Origin: Acidobacteriota bacterium
GTDB taxonomy: Bacteria > Acidobacteriota > Blastocatellia > RBC074
NCBI GenBank assembly: GCA_016710075.1
Contig: JADJLO010000038.1
Location: 238,137-302,136, forward strand
Reading direction: 5' to 3'
DNA length: 64,000 bases
Both the position numbers and the translations under genes were made by a program. Shown here piece after piece: positions 10,355 through 23,343 of the stretch (its first letter is position 1; every line of letters starts with the position of its first letter). The notes below the pieces were generated by a model. It had not been told where the DNA came from. It made no database searches and worked only from the letters and a program-made list of their open reading frames with translations.

Positions 10355-11272
10355 ATGAGCAGCGCAATCTCAGTGGTTGGTGTCAGCAAGAGTTATGGCG
10401 ACTTCGTAGCCGTCGACAATCTATCCCTTGAAGTCAGGCAGGGCAGCATATTCGGCCTTCTCGGACCGAATGGCGCCGGGAAATCGACGACCATCAGAAT
10501 GATCGTCAACATTACCATGCCTGATTCCGGCGAGATTCGCCTCTTCGGCCGGCAGATGAATTCCAGTCTTCAGGAGCGTGTCGGCTACCTCCCGGAAGAT
10601 CGCGGCATGTATAAAAAGATGAAGATCGGCGAGCAGTTGGCGTTCTTCGCCGAGCTCAAAGGTCTTTCGCATGAGACGGCTCAAAAGAGAATCGACCAGT
10701 GGCTCGGCAGAATTGAGATGTCGGAGTGGAAGAACAAGAAATGGGAAGAGCTCTCCAAGGGAATGCAGCAAAAGATCCAGTTCGTATCGACGATCCTTCA
10801 TTCGCCTGAACTCGTGATCCTCGATGAGCCGTTTTCGGGGCTCGATCCGGTCAGTGCGGGGCTGCTCAAAGAGATCGTTCAGGAGCTGAGACAACAAAAC
10901 AAGACCATTATCTTCTCGACGCACCTCATGGAACAGGCCGAAGAACTCTGCGACGAGATCTGCCTGATCAATCACGGTCATAAAGTTCTTGGCGGATCCG
11001 TTCGCGAGATCAAAAGGGGCTTCGGCTGGCGCTATGTCGCCATCGACGGCGACAATCTCGACGATGTCCTGAACAATTCCCCACTGGTCAGCAAGGTGGT
11101 TGACCGGCGCGATCACAAGGATGTCACCATGGCCGAAGGCCATGATCCTCAGGAACTGCTCAAATACCTGGTCTCGGCCGGCGCCAATGTAACTCGCTTC
11201 GAAATGGTCGCGCCGTCACTCAACGAAATCTTCATCGAGAGCGTCACCAGAGTCTCCACCAGGAGCGCATGA
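10355..11272 (+). CDS. ABC transporter ATP-binding protein (ABC-2 type, with C-terminal accessory domain)
   Basis: Walker A GPNGAGKST, signature LSKGMQQK, Walker B LVILDEPFSGLD, H-loop; no permease gene adjacent. Confidence 0.85.
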   Translation: MSSAISVVGVSKSYGDFVAVDNLSLEVRQGSIFGLLGPNGAGKSTTIRMIVNITMPDSGEIRLFGRQMNSSLQERVGYLPEDRGMYKKMKIGEQLAFFAELKGLSHETAQKRIDQWLGRIEMSEWKNKKWEELSKGMQQKIQFVSTILHSPELVILDEPFSGLDPVSAGLLKEIVQELRQQNKTIIFSTHLMEQAEELCDEICLINHGHKVLGGSVREIKRGFGWRYVAIDGDNLDDVLNNSPLVSKVVDRRDHKDVTMAEGHDPQELLKYLVSAGANVTRFEMVAPSLNEIFIESVTRVSTRSA

Positions 11273-11823
11273 AACGTAAGTCGAAAAGCGAGATGGTCCT
11301 GGAGATTTACGACCAGGAAGCCATGGGCGAGGTCACCGCCAGGGAAATCGCCCTGATCAATCAAAAGCTGATCGATGAATTCGGCGAAGGCGGGTCAATG
11401 AGCCCTGCCGAGATCGCCCGCATCCTGATCGATGAAGACCTGCCCGTCCGCCTCGATCAGGTTTTCAGAATGTCCGCCCTGACCGACAAATACGAGGATA
11501 TGCTCGAAGGTCTGGCTCTCAACAAATCGCTCAAACAGGCCGAGCATTCGATCAGAAGAATCGACTCTCTACATCGGGAATTCCTCAAACAATCCGACAA
11601 AACCGGCGCCAGACTGGCCCGACAAACCGCTATCCGCGCAAAAGAGAACGCCCTCGCCTTATCGCGCAATACCGCCAATGCCTCAACCAAACGCGCCGAA
11701 CATCTGGAAATCGCCCAGTGGTTTACCGTCTGGCTGCAAACCCCGGACTTCTTCGAACAATGGCTCGAACTGAGAAAAAACACTGATGATTTTAAAGCGA
11801 GATTCGGTGAGATCCTGACCTGA
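11269..11823 (+). CDS. hypothetical soluble protein, translationally coupled to ABC ATPase (ATGA overlap)
   Basis: 184-aa ORF with good coding character, charged/helical composition and no TM; 4-nt overlap with the upstream gene's stop. Confidence 0.5.
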   Translation: MKRKSKSEMVLEIYDQEAMGEVTAREIALINQKLIDEFGEGGSMSPAEIARILIDEDLPVRLDQVFRMSALTDKYEDMLEGLALNKSLKQAEHSIRRIDSLHREFLKQSDKTGARLARQTAIRAKENALALSRNTANASTKRAEHLEIAQWFTVWLQTPDFFEQWLELRKNTDDFKARFGEILT

Positions 11824-12029
11824 GCACCCGACCGCCTGACCTGTTGATGGCTGTTAGATGGCTGGCAATAATCAATCACCCGGCCTTAACTGCAGATTTC
11901 AAAAAGAGCGGGCCGCCACCGAGCCTGGTGCCGAAGCTCAAAAGACGGCCCGCCCTGGCCCCTAGCTAATCAATGCTAGGCATATGTATAAAAGTTCCAA
12001 TCGGGTCTTTTTTCCGAATTAAAAAAATA

Positions 12030-14390
<2,361 letters not shown>

Positions 14391-14450
14391 GATTTTCAAC
14401 ACATCTTCAGCGCAGAGTCAGGATTATAGCATGGCGGGTGGATTATCAAG

Positions 14451-14508
14451 GATTTGAATCAGGCGATTTGAAAGATTTGAAAAATGATTGCGGAATACGA
14501 CTGATTTG
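14451..14508. promoter_or_regulatory. three direct GATTTGAA repeats (plus a GATTTGCC variant) in the divergent promoter region between the 7TM-HD gene and the HDAC-like gene
   Basis: Seen: …GGATTTGAATCAGGCGATTTGAAAGATTTGAAAAATGATTG…CTGATTTGCC…; spacing 10-14 nt, consistent with a transcription-factor operator array. Confidence 0.4.
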
Positions 14509-14540
14509 CCAATTTAAGGCACTGAGCTTACTATCGGCTC

Positions 14541-15488
14541 ATGAGCACAGGGATCATCTATTCTGAAGATTATCTGCATCATGACACGGGCGATCATCCT
14601 GAAAGGCGTGAGCGGTACAGGGCAACGATGGAAGGCCTCATGTCCGACACTGACCGGTGGGAGAGCTGGGCAAAGATTGCGCCGCGTCCGGCGACCGACG
14701 ACGAGTTGATGAGATGCCACACCGAGCGCACCCTGGTGCGGGTTGGTCAGGCATGCCTGCAGGCAACAATCTATGAGCACGTCTCGCTCGATTCCGACAC
14801 CGTCGTCTCGCAGCAATCCGATCACGCCGCACGGCTTGCGGCGGGTGGCGCATGTCGCGCAGTCGACGCGGTGGTCAGCGGCGAGGCCGGCGGTGTCTTT
14901 GTCGCCTGTCGCCCTCCCGGACACCACGCAACCCAGGGTCAGTCGATGGGCTTCTGCCTCTACAATAACGTCGCCGTCGCCGCGCGCTACGCTCAAGCCG
15001 CTTATCCCAACGAGATCAAACGCGTCCTGATAGTCGATTTCGACGTTCATCATGGAAACGGCACTCAGGATATTTTCTATGACGATCCGAGCGTCTTCTA
15101 TTACAGCCTGCACCAGTTCCCATGGTATCCGGGAACCGGAGGCGCCGATGAGCGCGGCATACGCGAAGGCGAAGGCTATACTCTCAACCTCCCGGTCCGC
15201 GCTCTGACTCCGGTTGAGAGCTACCTGCGCATGTTCAATCAGGGACTCGAAAACGCGATGAGTAAACTTTCGCCCGATCTGGTGATCATCTCAGCCGGTT
15301 TCGATGCTCACGAAACAGATCCGCTCGGACAACTGACGCTCAATGATCAAAGTTACGCCGAGATCACACGCCGGCTAAGAGAAGCGGCGAACGCCACCGC
15401 CAAAGGCCGACTCATCTCATGCCTCGAAGGCGGATACAACCTGCACACTCTCGGATCGACCGTCCTCGCCCACGTTTCCGAATTGTAA
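14541..15488 (+). CDS. histone deacetylase-family protein (AcuC/APAH-like)
   Basis: 315 aa; …DFDVHHGNGTQDIF… and …GFDAH..DPLG… zinc-dependent deacetylase signature blocks. Confidence 0.85.
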   Translation: MSTGIIYSEDYLHHDTGDHPERRERYRATMEGLMSDTDRWESWAKIAPRPATDDELMRCHTERTLVRVGQACLQATIYEHVSLDSDTVVSQQSDHAARLAAGGACRAVDAVVSGEAGGVFVACRPPGHHATQGQSMGFCLYNNVAVAARYAQAAYPNEIKRVLIVDFDVHHGNGTQDIFYDDPSVFYYSLHQFPWYPGTGGADERGIREGEGYTLNLPVRALTPVESYLRMFNQGLENAMSKLSPDLVIISAGFDAHETDPLGQLTLNDQSYAEITRRLREAANATAKGRLISCLEGGYNLHTLGSTVLAHVSEL

Positions 15489-15669
15489 CCGAACAATCGC
15501 GCCAATGGCCGATTTTGCCTCACTGACGGTTGAGCTTCACTCATTGAATTTTCATGGAGCATGACGGGTATTTGGATTGCCACAGCCTGATTGGAGGAGT
15601 ACTATGGACACGGCTGGTCTGTCTTCAGGTTGAGTAATCCAGAAAGAGACCAATCAAAACAACGAGTTT

Positions 15670-15695
15670 CAAGATCTACAAGCAAGATCTACAAG
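15670..15695. promoter_or_regulatory. tandem 13-bp direct repeat CAAGATCTACAAG x2 (each with palindromic AGATCT core) upstream of the FecR-like gene
   Basis: Seen directly ~28-53 nt upstream of the 15723 start. Confidence 0.35.
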
Positions 15696-15722
15696 ATTGA
15701 ATTGCGACAGGAGGCCTGACAC

Positions 15723-16871
15723 ATGAGAGTAATTTCCAGGATGACCGCTGTGGTGACCGCATCAGTTGCGCTGGTAGCTGTTCTTTCGATTTCAGCATCC
15801 GCTCAGCATCTGATTTCAAGCAGGGCGGGTTTTGTCAACCGAGCTGACGGCAAGGTGATGATTCTTCGCCAGGACAGCTTTGACGGCGAAAAGGGCCGCG
15901 CTTCCCTGGGCTCCCAGATGCGCAACGGCGACAGGCTTTTTACTGAAGCGGGAAGTTATTCGGAACTCCTCCTCAATCCAGGCTCATACCTGCGCATGAA
16001 TGAAAATGCGGAAGTTCGCGCGGTCAATACCAGCCTCATGCAAATCAGTTTTGAGATCGTCAGCGGTGCTGTAAATCTGGAGGTTGGCGAGGTTGACAAG
16101 AAGACTCCCATCGAAATCGTGACACGAGCCGGGAATCTGTACGTCGTTAAAGAGGGCATCTATCGAATCGAGGCAAAAGGCGGGATGATCTCGGTTGCGG
16201 CACGGCAGGGCGACATCCAGCTTGGCACACGCGATCAGGCGCTCATCGGCAAGGGTTACAAGATCCCACGCGGGAAATCAGCGATGTTCAATGATTCTTC
16301 ATCGCCGGTTCTTGCTAAAATCGATAAAGATAAAATAGACAATTTCGATGTCTGGTGTTTCAACCGGGCTCAGACACTGGTTTCAGCCAATCAGATGGCG
16401 CTGCGCCAGTCGCGCAACAGCAACAGTCTGGCATACGGGTGGTTCTTCGATCCGTTCAATAGCTGCTATACCTTCATGCCGAGACGCGGTCTGTTCTATT
16501 CACCGTATGGCTTCGGATTCTTCAATTCTTTCGGTAACTGCTTCACCTGCGGTTACGGTCCATATGGTTACTACTACAATCCATACAATTATCCGAACAA
16601 CGGCGGTGGCGGAGCCGGAACCCCGAACGCACCTGCAAGAGTGGTGGCGGGGATCGATCGCGCGCCAATTCAAAGGTCCATGGAAAGCAGAAGAGTTGAC
16701 AGCGCATCGACCTTCGATTCGGGCGTCGCATCCAGAGGCGGATTTGGAGATATTGGAGGATCGAGAACGGTCTCATCATCGGCTTCAACTTCCGTTATCT
16801 CGATGCCGGTGCCTTCAAGAGGCGGCGATAGCGGTGGTGGTGCGGCACCTTCCCGCCCGTCAAGACCATAA
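15723..16871 (+). CDS. secreted FecR-domain-like protein with Gly/Tyr/Asn-rich low-complexity C-terminus
   Basis: 382 aa, signal peptide (MRVISRMTAVVTASVALVAVLSISASA), central beta-rich region, C-terminal GYGPYGYYYNPYNYPNNGGGGAG… tail. Confidence 0.5.
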   Translation: MRVISRMTAVVTASVALVAVLSISASAQHLISSRAGFVNRADGKVMILRQDSFDGEKGRASLGSQMRNGDRLFTEAGSYSELLLNPGSYLRMNENAEVRAVNTSLMQISFEIVSGAVNLEVGEVDKKTPIEIVTRAGNLYVVKEGIYRIEAKGGMISVAARQGDIQLGTRDQALIGKGYKIPRGKSAMFNDSSSPVLAKIDKDKIDNFDVWCFNRAQTLVSANQMALRQSRNSNSLAYGWFFDPFNSCYTFMPRRGLFYSPYGFGFFNSFGNCFTCGYGPYGYYYNPYNYPNNGGGGAGTPNAPARVVAGIDRAPIQRSMESRRVDSASTFDSGVASRGGFGDIGGSRTVSSSASTSVISMPVPSRGGDSGGGAAPSRPSRP

Positions 16872-16884
16872 TCGAACCTGATAT

Positions 16885-16959
16885 AAATAAGGCATTGAAT
16901 GCTAAAGGGCGAGGATGAATATTCATCCCGCTCCCTTTTTAGCATTCAATGCCTTATTT
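16885..16959. terminator. nested near-perfect hairpin between convergent genes (likely bidirectional intrinsic terminator)
   Basis: AAATAAGGCATTGAATGCTAAAGGG…CCCTTTTTAGCATTCAATGCCTTATTT with inner palindrome GGATGAATATTCATCC; flanked by A/T runs on both sides. Confidence 0.6.
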
Positions 16960-16999
16960 CATGCCTGCCCTGCATTATTGATGTTGATGTTGATCCGGT

Positions 17000-17536
17000 C
17001 TATTTTTTCTCAGGGGGAACCGGCTTATCCTCCCACCAGCTGTCGATGACCAACTGGCCGTTTTCGATTATCAATCCAATCGGAAGAATCTTGTACTGGC
17101 CGTCGAGGAATTTATAGACGCAATCCTGGCGGACTTTATCGACCGTCCTGTCGCCGCTGGGAGTTGAAGCCGCTTCCATGACCTTCTCGTCTTTCTTATC
17201 GCCGAGCAAGCTCTCTCTGAGAGTCTTTTTCTCGGCAGCAAGCTTGATTCTGGCGGCGGTTGAGAGAAGCTTCTCAGCCTCTGGCCAGTTCCCGTCCTGC
17301 ACATTCCGGTTGAATTTGCTGAAAGCCTCGACGGTTTGCTTCGCGTCCGAGAGCGAAACCGGTGGAGCCGGCGGTTCGGGTGAAGGTCTTGTGATCACCC
17401 ATCGGTAAACTCCCCATGTCCCCGAAACAAACAACAAGGCAACCAGCCACAGAATGAGAGGCAGATTCTTGCTGCCGCCTTTCTTCTCCTCTTCGAGGTT
17501 TGCCTTCAGATCAGTATCTTCAAAAAGAGTTCTCAT
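17000..17536 (-). CDS. hypothetical membrane-anchored protein
   Basis: 178 aa; single N-terminal TM (LPLILWLVALLFVSGTWGVYRWVI) followed by charged soluble domain. Confidence 0.45.
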   Translation of the reverse strand: MRTLFEDTDLKANLEEEKKGGSKNLPLILWLVALLFVSGTWGVYRWVITRPSPEPPAPPVSLSDAKQTVEAFSKFNRNVQDGNWPEAEKLLSTAARIKLAAEKKTLRESLLGDKKDEKVMEAASTPSGDRTVDKVRQDCVYKFLDGQYKILPIGLIIENGQLVIDSWWEDKPVPPEKK

Positions 17537-17715
17537 TGTCTTCCTCTGTTTTATTTATTCAGTCCCAGCTACCTTCAAATTATCCGACAGCGCCAATGTT
17601 GTCAAACAACAGCATTAGAACGGTTCTGCAGCCGCTATTTGCATCTTTTGATTCTCCGGTTAAGCTTCGTGCTTCCGAATTTTGAACTCCGTGAATCTCA
17701 ATTTTATTAACAGGT

Positions 17716-18986
<1,271 letters not shown>

Positions 18987-19075
18987 GCCGATTCACCTTG
19001 AAATATAATGAATCCCATCTGTGTTTTCACTTACCAGCGTGGGGCACGGCTGATCACTGGAAGTAAGTTCAAGGT

Positions 19076-20494
19076 TTAGACTTCCCTGATCAGCGGCAGC
19101 CTGACAATAAATGTCGTTCCTTTTCCTGGCTCGCTCTGAGCGACAATCTTTCCTGCATGTGAATCGACAATCCATTTAACTATGGACAAGCCAAGGCCGA
19201 AACCGGAAGCGGACCGATCGCTGGTTTTGGCTGAACGGCGGAAGAATCGGTCAAAGATGTGTGGCAGGTCTTCGGGAGGAATGCCTCGACCGGAATCGGA
19301 GACTGTCAGAACAGCGTCATCCCCTTCAGCCTTCAATCCAAGGATAATTGAGCCGCGCTGCTCGGTATATTTGATGGCATTATCGAGCAGGTTGAGAAGC
19401 AGTTGTTTGATCCGGTGCATATCGGCATTAATGATGACCTTACCCTGAGGCTGATGATAGGTAAGGGTCTGGTCCCGCTGATCAGCCAGAGGCAGGATGT
19501 ATTCGGTCATCTTGCTGCACAGGTCATCGAGATCCATCGGCTCGCATTTCAGCTCTACCTTGCCGGCATCTGCCCGGGCAAGCATCAGCAGGTCTTCAAC
19601 AAGTCTGGAGAGCCTGACAATCTCCTCCAGATTCGATGTCAGAACGCGCTGGTACTCTTCTTTGCCGCGCTCACGGCGAAGCGTGATTTCAATATCAGCC
19701 CGCATGACGGCCAGCGGCGTGCGAAGTTCATGCGAGGCATCGGAGGTGAACTGTTTCTGTCTCTCGAAGGCCGCCTGCAGCCGGGAGATCATATGATTGA
19801 AAGTTGCGGCGAGACGGCCGATCTCGTCCATCCTGGCCGAGGCCGGCACTCTTTCGGAAAGATCTCCGGCCGCTCCAATCTGCTCCGCTGCCGTGGTGAT
19901 GCGATCAACTGGCCGCAAAGCCTGATTGGCCAGCAGCAGCCCTCCGTAGCTCCCCAGCAACAAGACAGCGGGAATTGCCAGTCCAAGCACAAGCAGCAAC
20001 CGCTTTCTTGCAATATCAAGGGCTTCCAGCGACTGCCCCAGCCTAATGAAGTAGGTGCCGTTGCCTTCCTGATCAGGCACACGCCTTGTGGCGACTCTCA
20101 TCGGTTCGCCGGATTCAAGTTCCATCGTTTTGAAATAGGTGCGGCCTGTTTCCAGTTTCATCAGTGCATCTATTTCGACAGGGATTCTATCCTGGGGAGT
20201 GGCCAGCATCTCATCCGTCACCATTCCACTTTCGTCAATCAATTGGGTCAGGTGCGGCGAGATCTGCAGCAACTGCTCTTCGTGAGCTGTATTGCCGGGA
20301 TGATCGGGTATGTCCGCATCGGCAACGTGATCCATGCTCCGCTCGATCTTCGTTATCTGGAACTCCAGGGTCTCGTCGATCGTCATGACCAGACTTCGCG
20401 AAAGATACCAGTAAATCGATATTCCAAAGACAAGCAGAATGACCGTCAGGATGGCCAGATAATAGAGGGTGAGCTTGATTCTTAGTGAGAGCAT
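19076..20494 (-). CDS. sensor histidine kinase (HAMP-HisKA-HATPase_c)
   Basis: Two TM segments, H-box …ASHELRTPL…, N/G1/G2 boxes (…LLDNAIKYT…, …DSGRGIP…, …GFGLGLSIV…). Track start is TTG at 20503; ATG at 20494. Confidence 0.85.
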   Translation of the reverse strand: MLSLRIKLTLYYLAILTVILLVFGISIYWYLSRSLVMTIDETLEFQITKIERSMDHVADADIPDHPGNTAHEEQLLQISPHLTQLIDESGMVTDEMLATPQDRIPVEIDALMKLETGRTYFKTMELESGEPMRVATRRVPDQEGNGTYFIRLGQSLEALDIARKRLLLVLGLAIPAVLLLGSYGGLLLANQALRPVDRITTAAEQIGAAGDLSERVPASARMDEIGRLAATFNHMISRLQAAFERQKQFTSDASHELRTPLAVMRADIEITLRRERGKEEYQRVLTSNLEEIVRLSRLVEDLLMLARADAGKVELKCEPMDLDDLCSKMTEYILPLADQRDQTLTYHQPQGKVIINADMHRIKQLLLNLLDNAIKYTEQRGSIILGLKAEGDDAVLTVSDSGRGIPPEDLPHIFDRFFRRSAKTSDRSASGFGLGLSIVKWIVDSHAGKIVAQSEPGKGTTFIVRLPLIREV

Positions 20495-20511
20495 ATAGGG
20501 CAAACTGTTCA

Positions 20512-20737
20512 GATTACGAAACTGAAGAAAGAGAGATTACCAAACAGACGAAATAAACGAAACAGACGAAAAAAACCAGACGATGGTCAAAGGGATTAAT
20601 AAAGCAATAAGCACTGGTTTTATGTTTATCGGGGTATTTTCGCCCGACCAACGTCTGGAATTTTTTCGTCTGTTTCGTTTATTTCGTCTGTTTGGTAATC
20701 TCTCTTCTTCTGTAATCTCTCTTCCATCTTCGTAATC
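20512..20737. repeat. family B hairpin element (terminal GATTACGAAAC…; arms rich in AACAGACGAAATAAACGAAACAGACG) inserted between response-regulator and histidine-kinase genes
   Basis: Seen: left arm ~20512-20582 and right arm ~20652-20737 are imperfect reverse complements (…CAAACAGACGAAATAAACGAAACAGACGAAAAAAACCAGACG… vs …CGTCTGGAATTTTTTCGTCTGTTTCGTTTATTTCGTCTGTTTGG…). Related copies at ~23210 and ~25727. Confidence 0.7.
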
Positions 20738-20750
20738 CGGCTTTCCTGGA

Positions 20751-21467
20751 TCAGGAAGCCTTCGATTCGACAATGATGCTTGAATCCACCGTCGGGGTCT
20801 TGAACATGTAGCCGACTCCACGGATGGTATGAATCAATTTCGGCTCGAATTGACGGTCAATCTTGTTGCGAAGGTAATTGATGTATACGTCGATGACATT
20901 GGTCAGAGTGTCGAACGTCTCTTCCCAGACCTTTTCCGAGAGCACTTCGCGGGAGAGGATTTCATCCGGGTGGCGCATGAAATATTCGAGCAGGGCGAAC
21001 TCTTTTCCGGTCAGCTGGACCTCAATGCCGGCGCGCGACGCACGGCGATTGATGAGATTCAAATACAAATCTCCGGTCTGGATCCTGGTTGTATCTTCAG
21101 GCTGTGTCCGTCTGAGCAGGGCCCTTATTCTTGCCACCAGTTCGGTAAAGGCGAACGGCTTGGTCAGATAATCGTCCGCACCGCTGTCCAATCCTTTGAC
21201 TTTCATCTCGGTACTGTCCTGTGCGGTGAGGATGAGGATCGGTGTCTTGATCCCTTCGCTGCGAAGATCCCGCGCAATATCAAGTCCATCGCGTCCCGGC
21301 AATCCGAGATCCAGCACAATCAGATCATGACCGCCTGATTTTGCCGCCTGTGATCCGGTATCTCCGTCGTACGCCGTATCGACTTCCATCCCCTCTTCCT
21401 CAAGACCACGCTTGATCAGGTCGGCCATCTTCTGCTCGTCTTCAATTACTAATACGCGCATTGCCAT
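20751..21467 (-). CDS. OmpR-family DNA-binding response regulator
   Basis: 238 aa; receiver domain (…VLVIEDE…DLIVLDLGLPGRDGL…) and winged-helix C-terminal domain. Confidence 0.9.
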   Translation of the reverse strand: MAMRVLVIEDEQKMADLIKRGLEEEGMEVDTAYDGDTGSQAAKSGGHDLIVLDLGLPGRDGLDIARDLRSEGIKTPILILTAQDSTEMKVKGLDSGADDYLTKPFAFTELVARIRALLRRTQPEDTTRIQTGDLYLNLINRRASRAGIEVQLTGKEFALLEYFMRHPDEILSREVLSEKVWEETFDTLTNVIDVYINYLRNKIDRQFEPKLIHTIRGVGYMFKTPTVDSSIIVESKAS

Positions 21468-21715
21468 TTATTTAAGCTCCTTATGAGAATTGCTGGAAGA
21501 TTTTTCTTTGACCCTGCATTTGTCGACTCAAGGGAGTCTGCCAAGATGCGAGGATATGTCGGGGTATTGGGGATCGTATAACTAACCTTATACATCATCT
21601 TTTATTCGGGGCAAGAATAATTTGAAATATCTCATGGGGGGGCGATTCGGAACTGGATTATACGACAAATTCGCCGAAGATTAAATTTTTTTCTAATGAT
21701 CTCGAAAAATTCTAT

Positions 21716-22060
21716 CTAATTATTATGAAGATTAGGCTTAACAGCGCCGGCAAGCCATTCAAGATAGTCAATTGAGCCGGCAATGATGGGAAGAGCGATA
21801 ATTTCCGGTGTCTGGTAGGGGTGATATTGTTTGATGAAAGATTCAAGAAGGGGAAAAGTGGGTGAAGTAGTTTTGATAATAATCAGGAATTCGTCCGATT
21901 GCTGAACTGAGGATTGCCAGCGATAGATCGATTTGATGCGGGGAAGAATCTGGACGCAGGCTGCGAGATGAGCGTCGACGAGCAGGGAGGCGAGTTTTTC
22001 GGCATCCTCAATATTTTCAAGGGTGGTGAGGACAACCATGCATTCACTGATTTCCGACAT
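21716..22060 (-). CDS. cutA: divalent-cation tolerance protein CutA
   Basis: C-terminal 114 aa of track ORF 21716..22225 (MSEISECMVVLTTLENIEDAEKLASLLVDAHLAACVQILP…) matches CutA1 family; start moved to the internal ATG that avoids overlap with the upstream gene. Confidence 0.7.
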   Translation of the reverse strand: MSEISECMVVLTTLENIEDAEKLASLLVDAHLAACVQILPRIKSIYRWQSSVQQSDEFLIIIKTTSPTFPLLESFIKQYHPYQTPEIIALPIIAGSIDYLEWLAGAVKPNLHNN

Positions 22061-22334
22061 CCTGATCCTCCGTGAGGGTTTGGGACTCGTCCTGGAAGAA
22101 GGCGTCATAGAGTTCCATGGCTTTTTCGAGTTCGGCGGCGGGGACGAGGAGTTGTATCTCTGAAAAGCCGCCGACCATTGGCAGAGGGTCCAATCCACCG
22201 AAGTTCCCTCCCTGAAGTACGGCATCGATGCCGTTGTTCTGGAGCAATTCGTGCACCTGACCGGCTTCGCTCATATTGGCGAAATGAGCGAGCGTCACGA
22301 ATTCTGCGTCATTATCGTTTTTATTTTTGGTCAT
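22044..22334 (-). CDS. small DUF2007-like protein (putative signal-transducing protein)
   Basis: 96-aa ORF, acidic, compact; family call is from sequence resemblance only. Confidence 0.45.
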   Translation of the reverse strand: MTKNKNDNDAEFVTLAHFANMSEAGQVHELLQNNGIDAVLQGGNFGGLDPLPMVGGFSEIQLLVPAAELEKAMELYDAFFQDESQTLTEDQDVGNQ

Positions 22335-22337
22335 GAT

Positions 22338-23195
22338 TCATTCTCCTGACAACCATCTACCTTTAAAGACGGCCCGGGCTTCGCCGGTCTGAAGGACTTT
22401 TCCATTATCGAGCCATTGGATGTGAAGTTCGCCTGCGACAGTGACTACAGTGACCATGTTTTCGATGAGGCCGTTGAGCATGGAAGCTATGGCGGCGGCG
22501 CAGGAACCCGTGCCCGAGGAGAGGGTCTCACCGCATCCGCGCTCCCAGAATCTGACTTCGATGCGGTCACGGTTGACCACACGGATGAACTCGACATTAG
22601 TGCGGTCCGGAAATGACTGATGCATTTCGATTTTTGCGCCGAGCTCACGCCAGTCAATGTCGTCAAAGTCGTCAACGAAGATGCTGCAATGAGGATTGCC
22701 CATCGAGACCGAGGTGAATTCAAAGGTCCGGCCATCGACTACAAGCTTTTGCCGGACAACTTTATCAGATGGCGATTCGAGCAGCACGGGGATTTCAGCG
22801 CTTTTGAGTTTCGGAACTCCCATATCCGTCTCGAACAGGAACCCGTCCTGAAGCCGCTCAACCGGGCGCAGTGACTTGATACCGGCGCCGGTGGCTATGC
22901 TTACCCGAGGTTGATCCCACCCTTCGACAAGATAAAGATATGCGGCGACGCAGCGGGTTCCATTCCCGGAAATCGGCGTCTCACCGCCGTCGGAATTGAA
23001 CAGTCTCACCTCAAAATCGGCGCCGTCGACGCCCGTGCGATCGAGCAGCAACTCGACTCCATCGGCGCCGGCGCCGAAATGCCGGTCACAGATACGCCGC
23101 GAGAAAGCCTCGAAATCGTCAGTCAACGATCTCAATTCCGATTCGCGCATGATCAGAAAATCATTGCCCAGAGCCTGGAATTTGTGAAACTTCAT
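22338..23195 (-). CDS. dapF: diaminopimelate epimerase
   Basis: 285 aa; N-terminal FxKMxGxGNDF-type block (MKFHKFQALGNDFLI) and second catalytic Cys region (…GNPHCSIFVDD…). Confidence 0.9.
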   Translation of the reverse strand: MKFHKFQALGNDFLIMRESELRSLTDDFEAFSRRICDRHFGAGADGVELLLDRTGVDGADFEVRLFNSDGGETPISGNGTRCVAAYLYLVEGWDQPRVSIATGAGIKSLRPVERLQDGFLFETDMGVPKLKSAEIPVLLESPSDKVVRQKLVVDGRTFEFTSVSMGNPHCSIFVDDFDDIDWRELGAKIEMHQSFPDRTNVEFIRVVNRDRIEVRFWERGCGETLSSGTGSCAAAIASMLNGLIENMVTVVTVAGELHIQWLDNGKVLQTGEARAVFKGRWLSGE

Positions 23196-23209
23196 GTCAC
23201 TGAAGAAAA

Positions 23210-23343
23210 GATTACGAAACAGATCAATGCAGAATGCGAAATGGTTCGAATGCGCATTTTGGATTGAATGACTGGAAATGCCCAGCGGCTTTAATATCCT
23301 GAATCAACATTCTGCATTCTTCATTCTGCATTCTGCATTCTAC
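23210..23343. repeat. family B-related element: GATTACGAAACAGA terminus plus CAGAATGCGAA / tandem CATTCTG x4 repeats
   Basis: Seen: …GATTACGAAACAGATCAATGCAGAATGCGAAATGG… and …CAACATTCTGCATTCTTCATTCTGCATTCTGCATTCTAC…; lies between dapF start and the PfkB gene stop. Confidence 0.55.

Noticed and set aside
11905-11960. GCGGGCCG…CGGCCCGC inverted repeat between convergent genes as an intrinsic terminator
   Set aside because: The stem is short (8-9 bp) with a 30-nt loop and no T-run; too weak to call.
14402-14540. A tRNA or small RNA gene in the divergent promoter region
   Set aside because: No cloverleaf-compatible structure or conserved tRNA boxes were recognisable; the region is explained by direct-repeat operator-like motifs.
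20512-20737. Family B elements as insertion sequences or transposons
   Set aside because: There is no transposase ORF, the elements are only ~150-230 bp, and target-site duplications could not be confirmed; better described as MITE/REP-like hairpin repeats.
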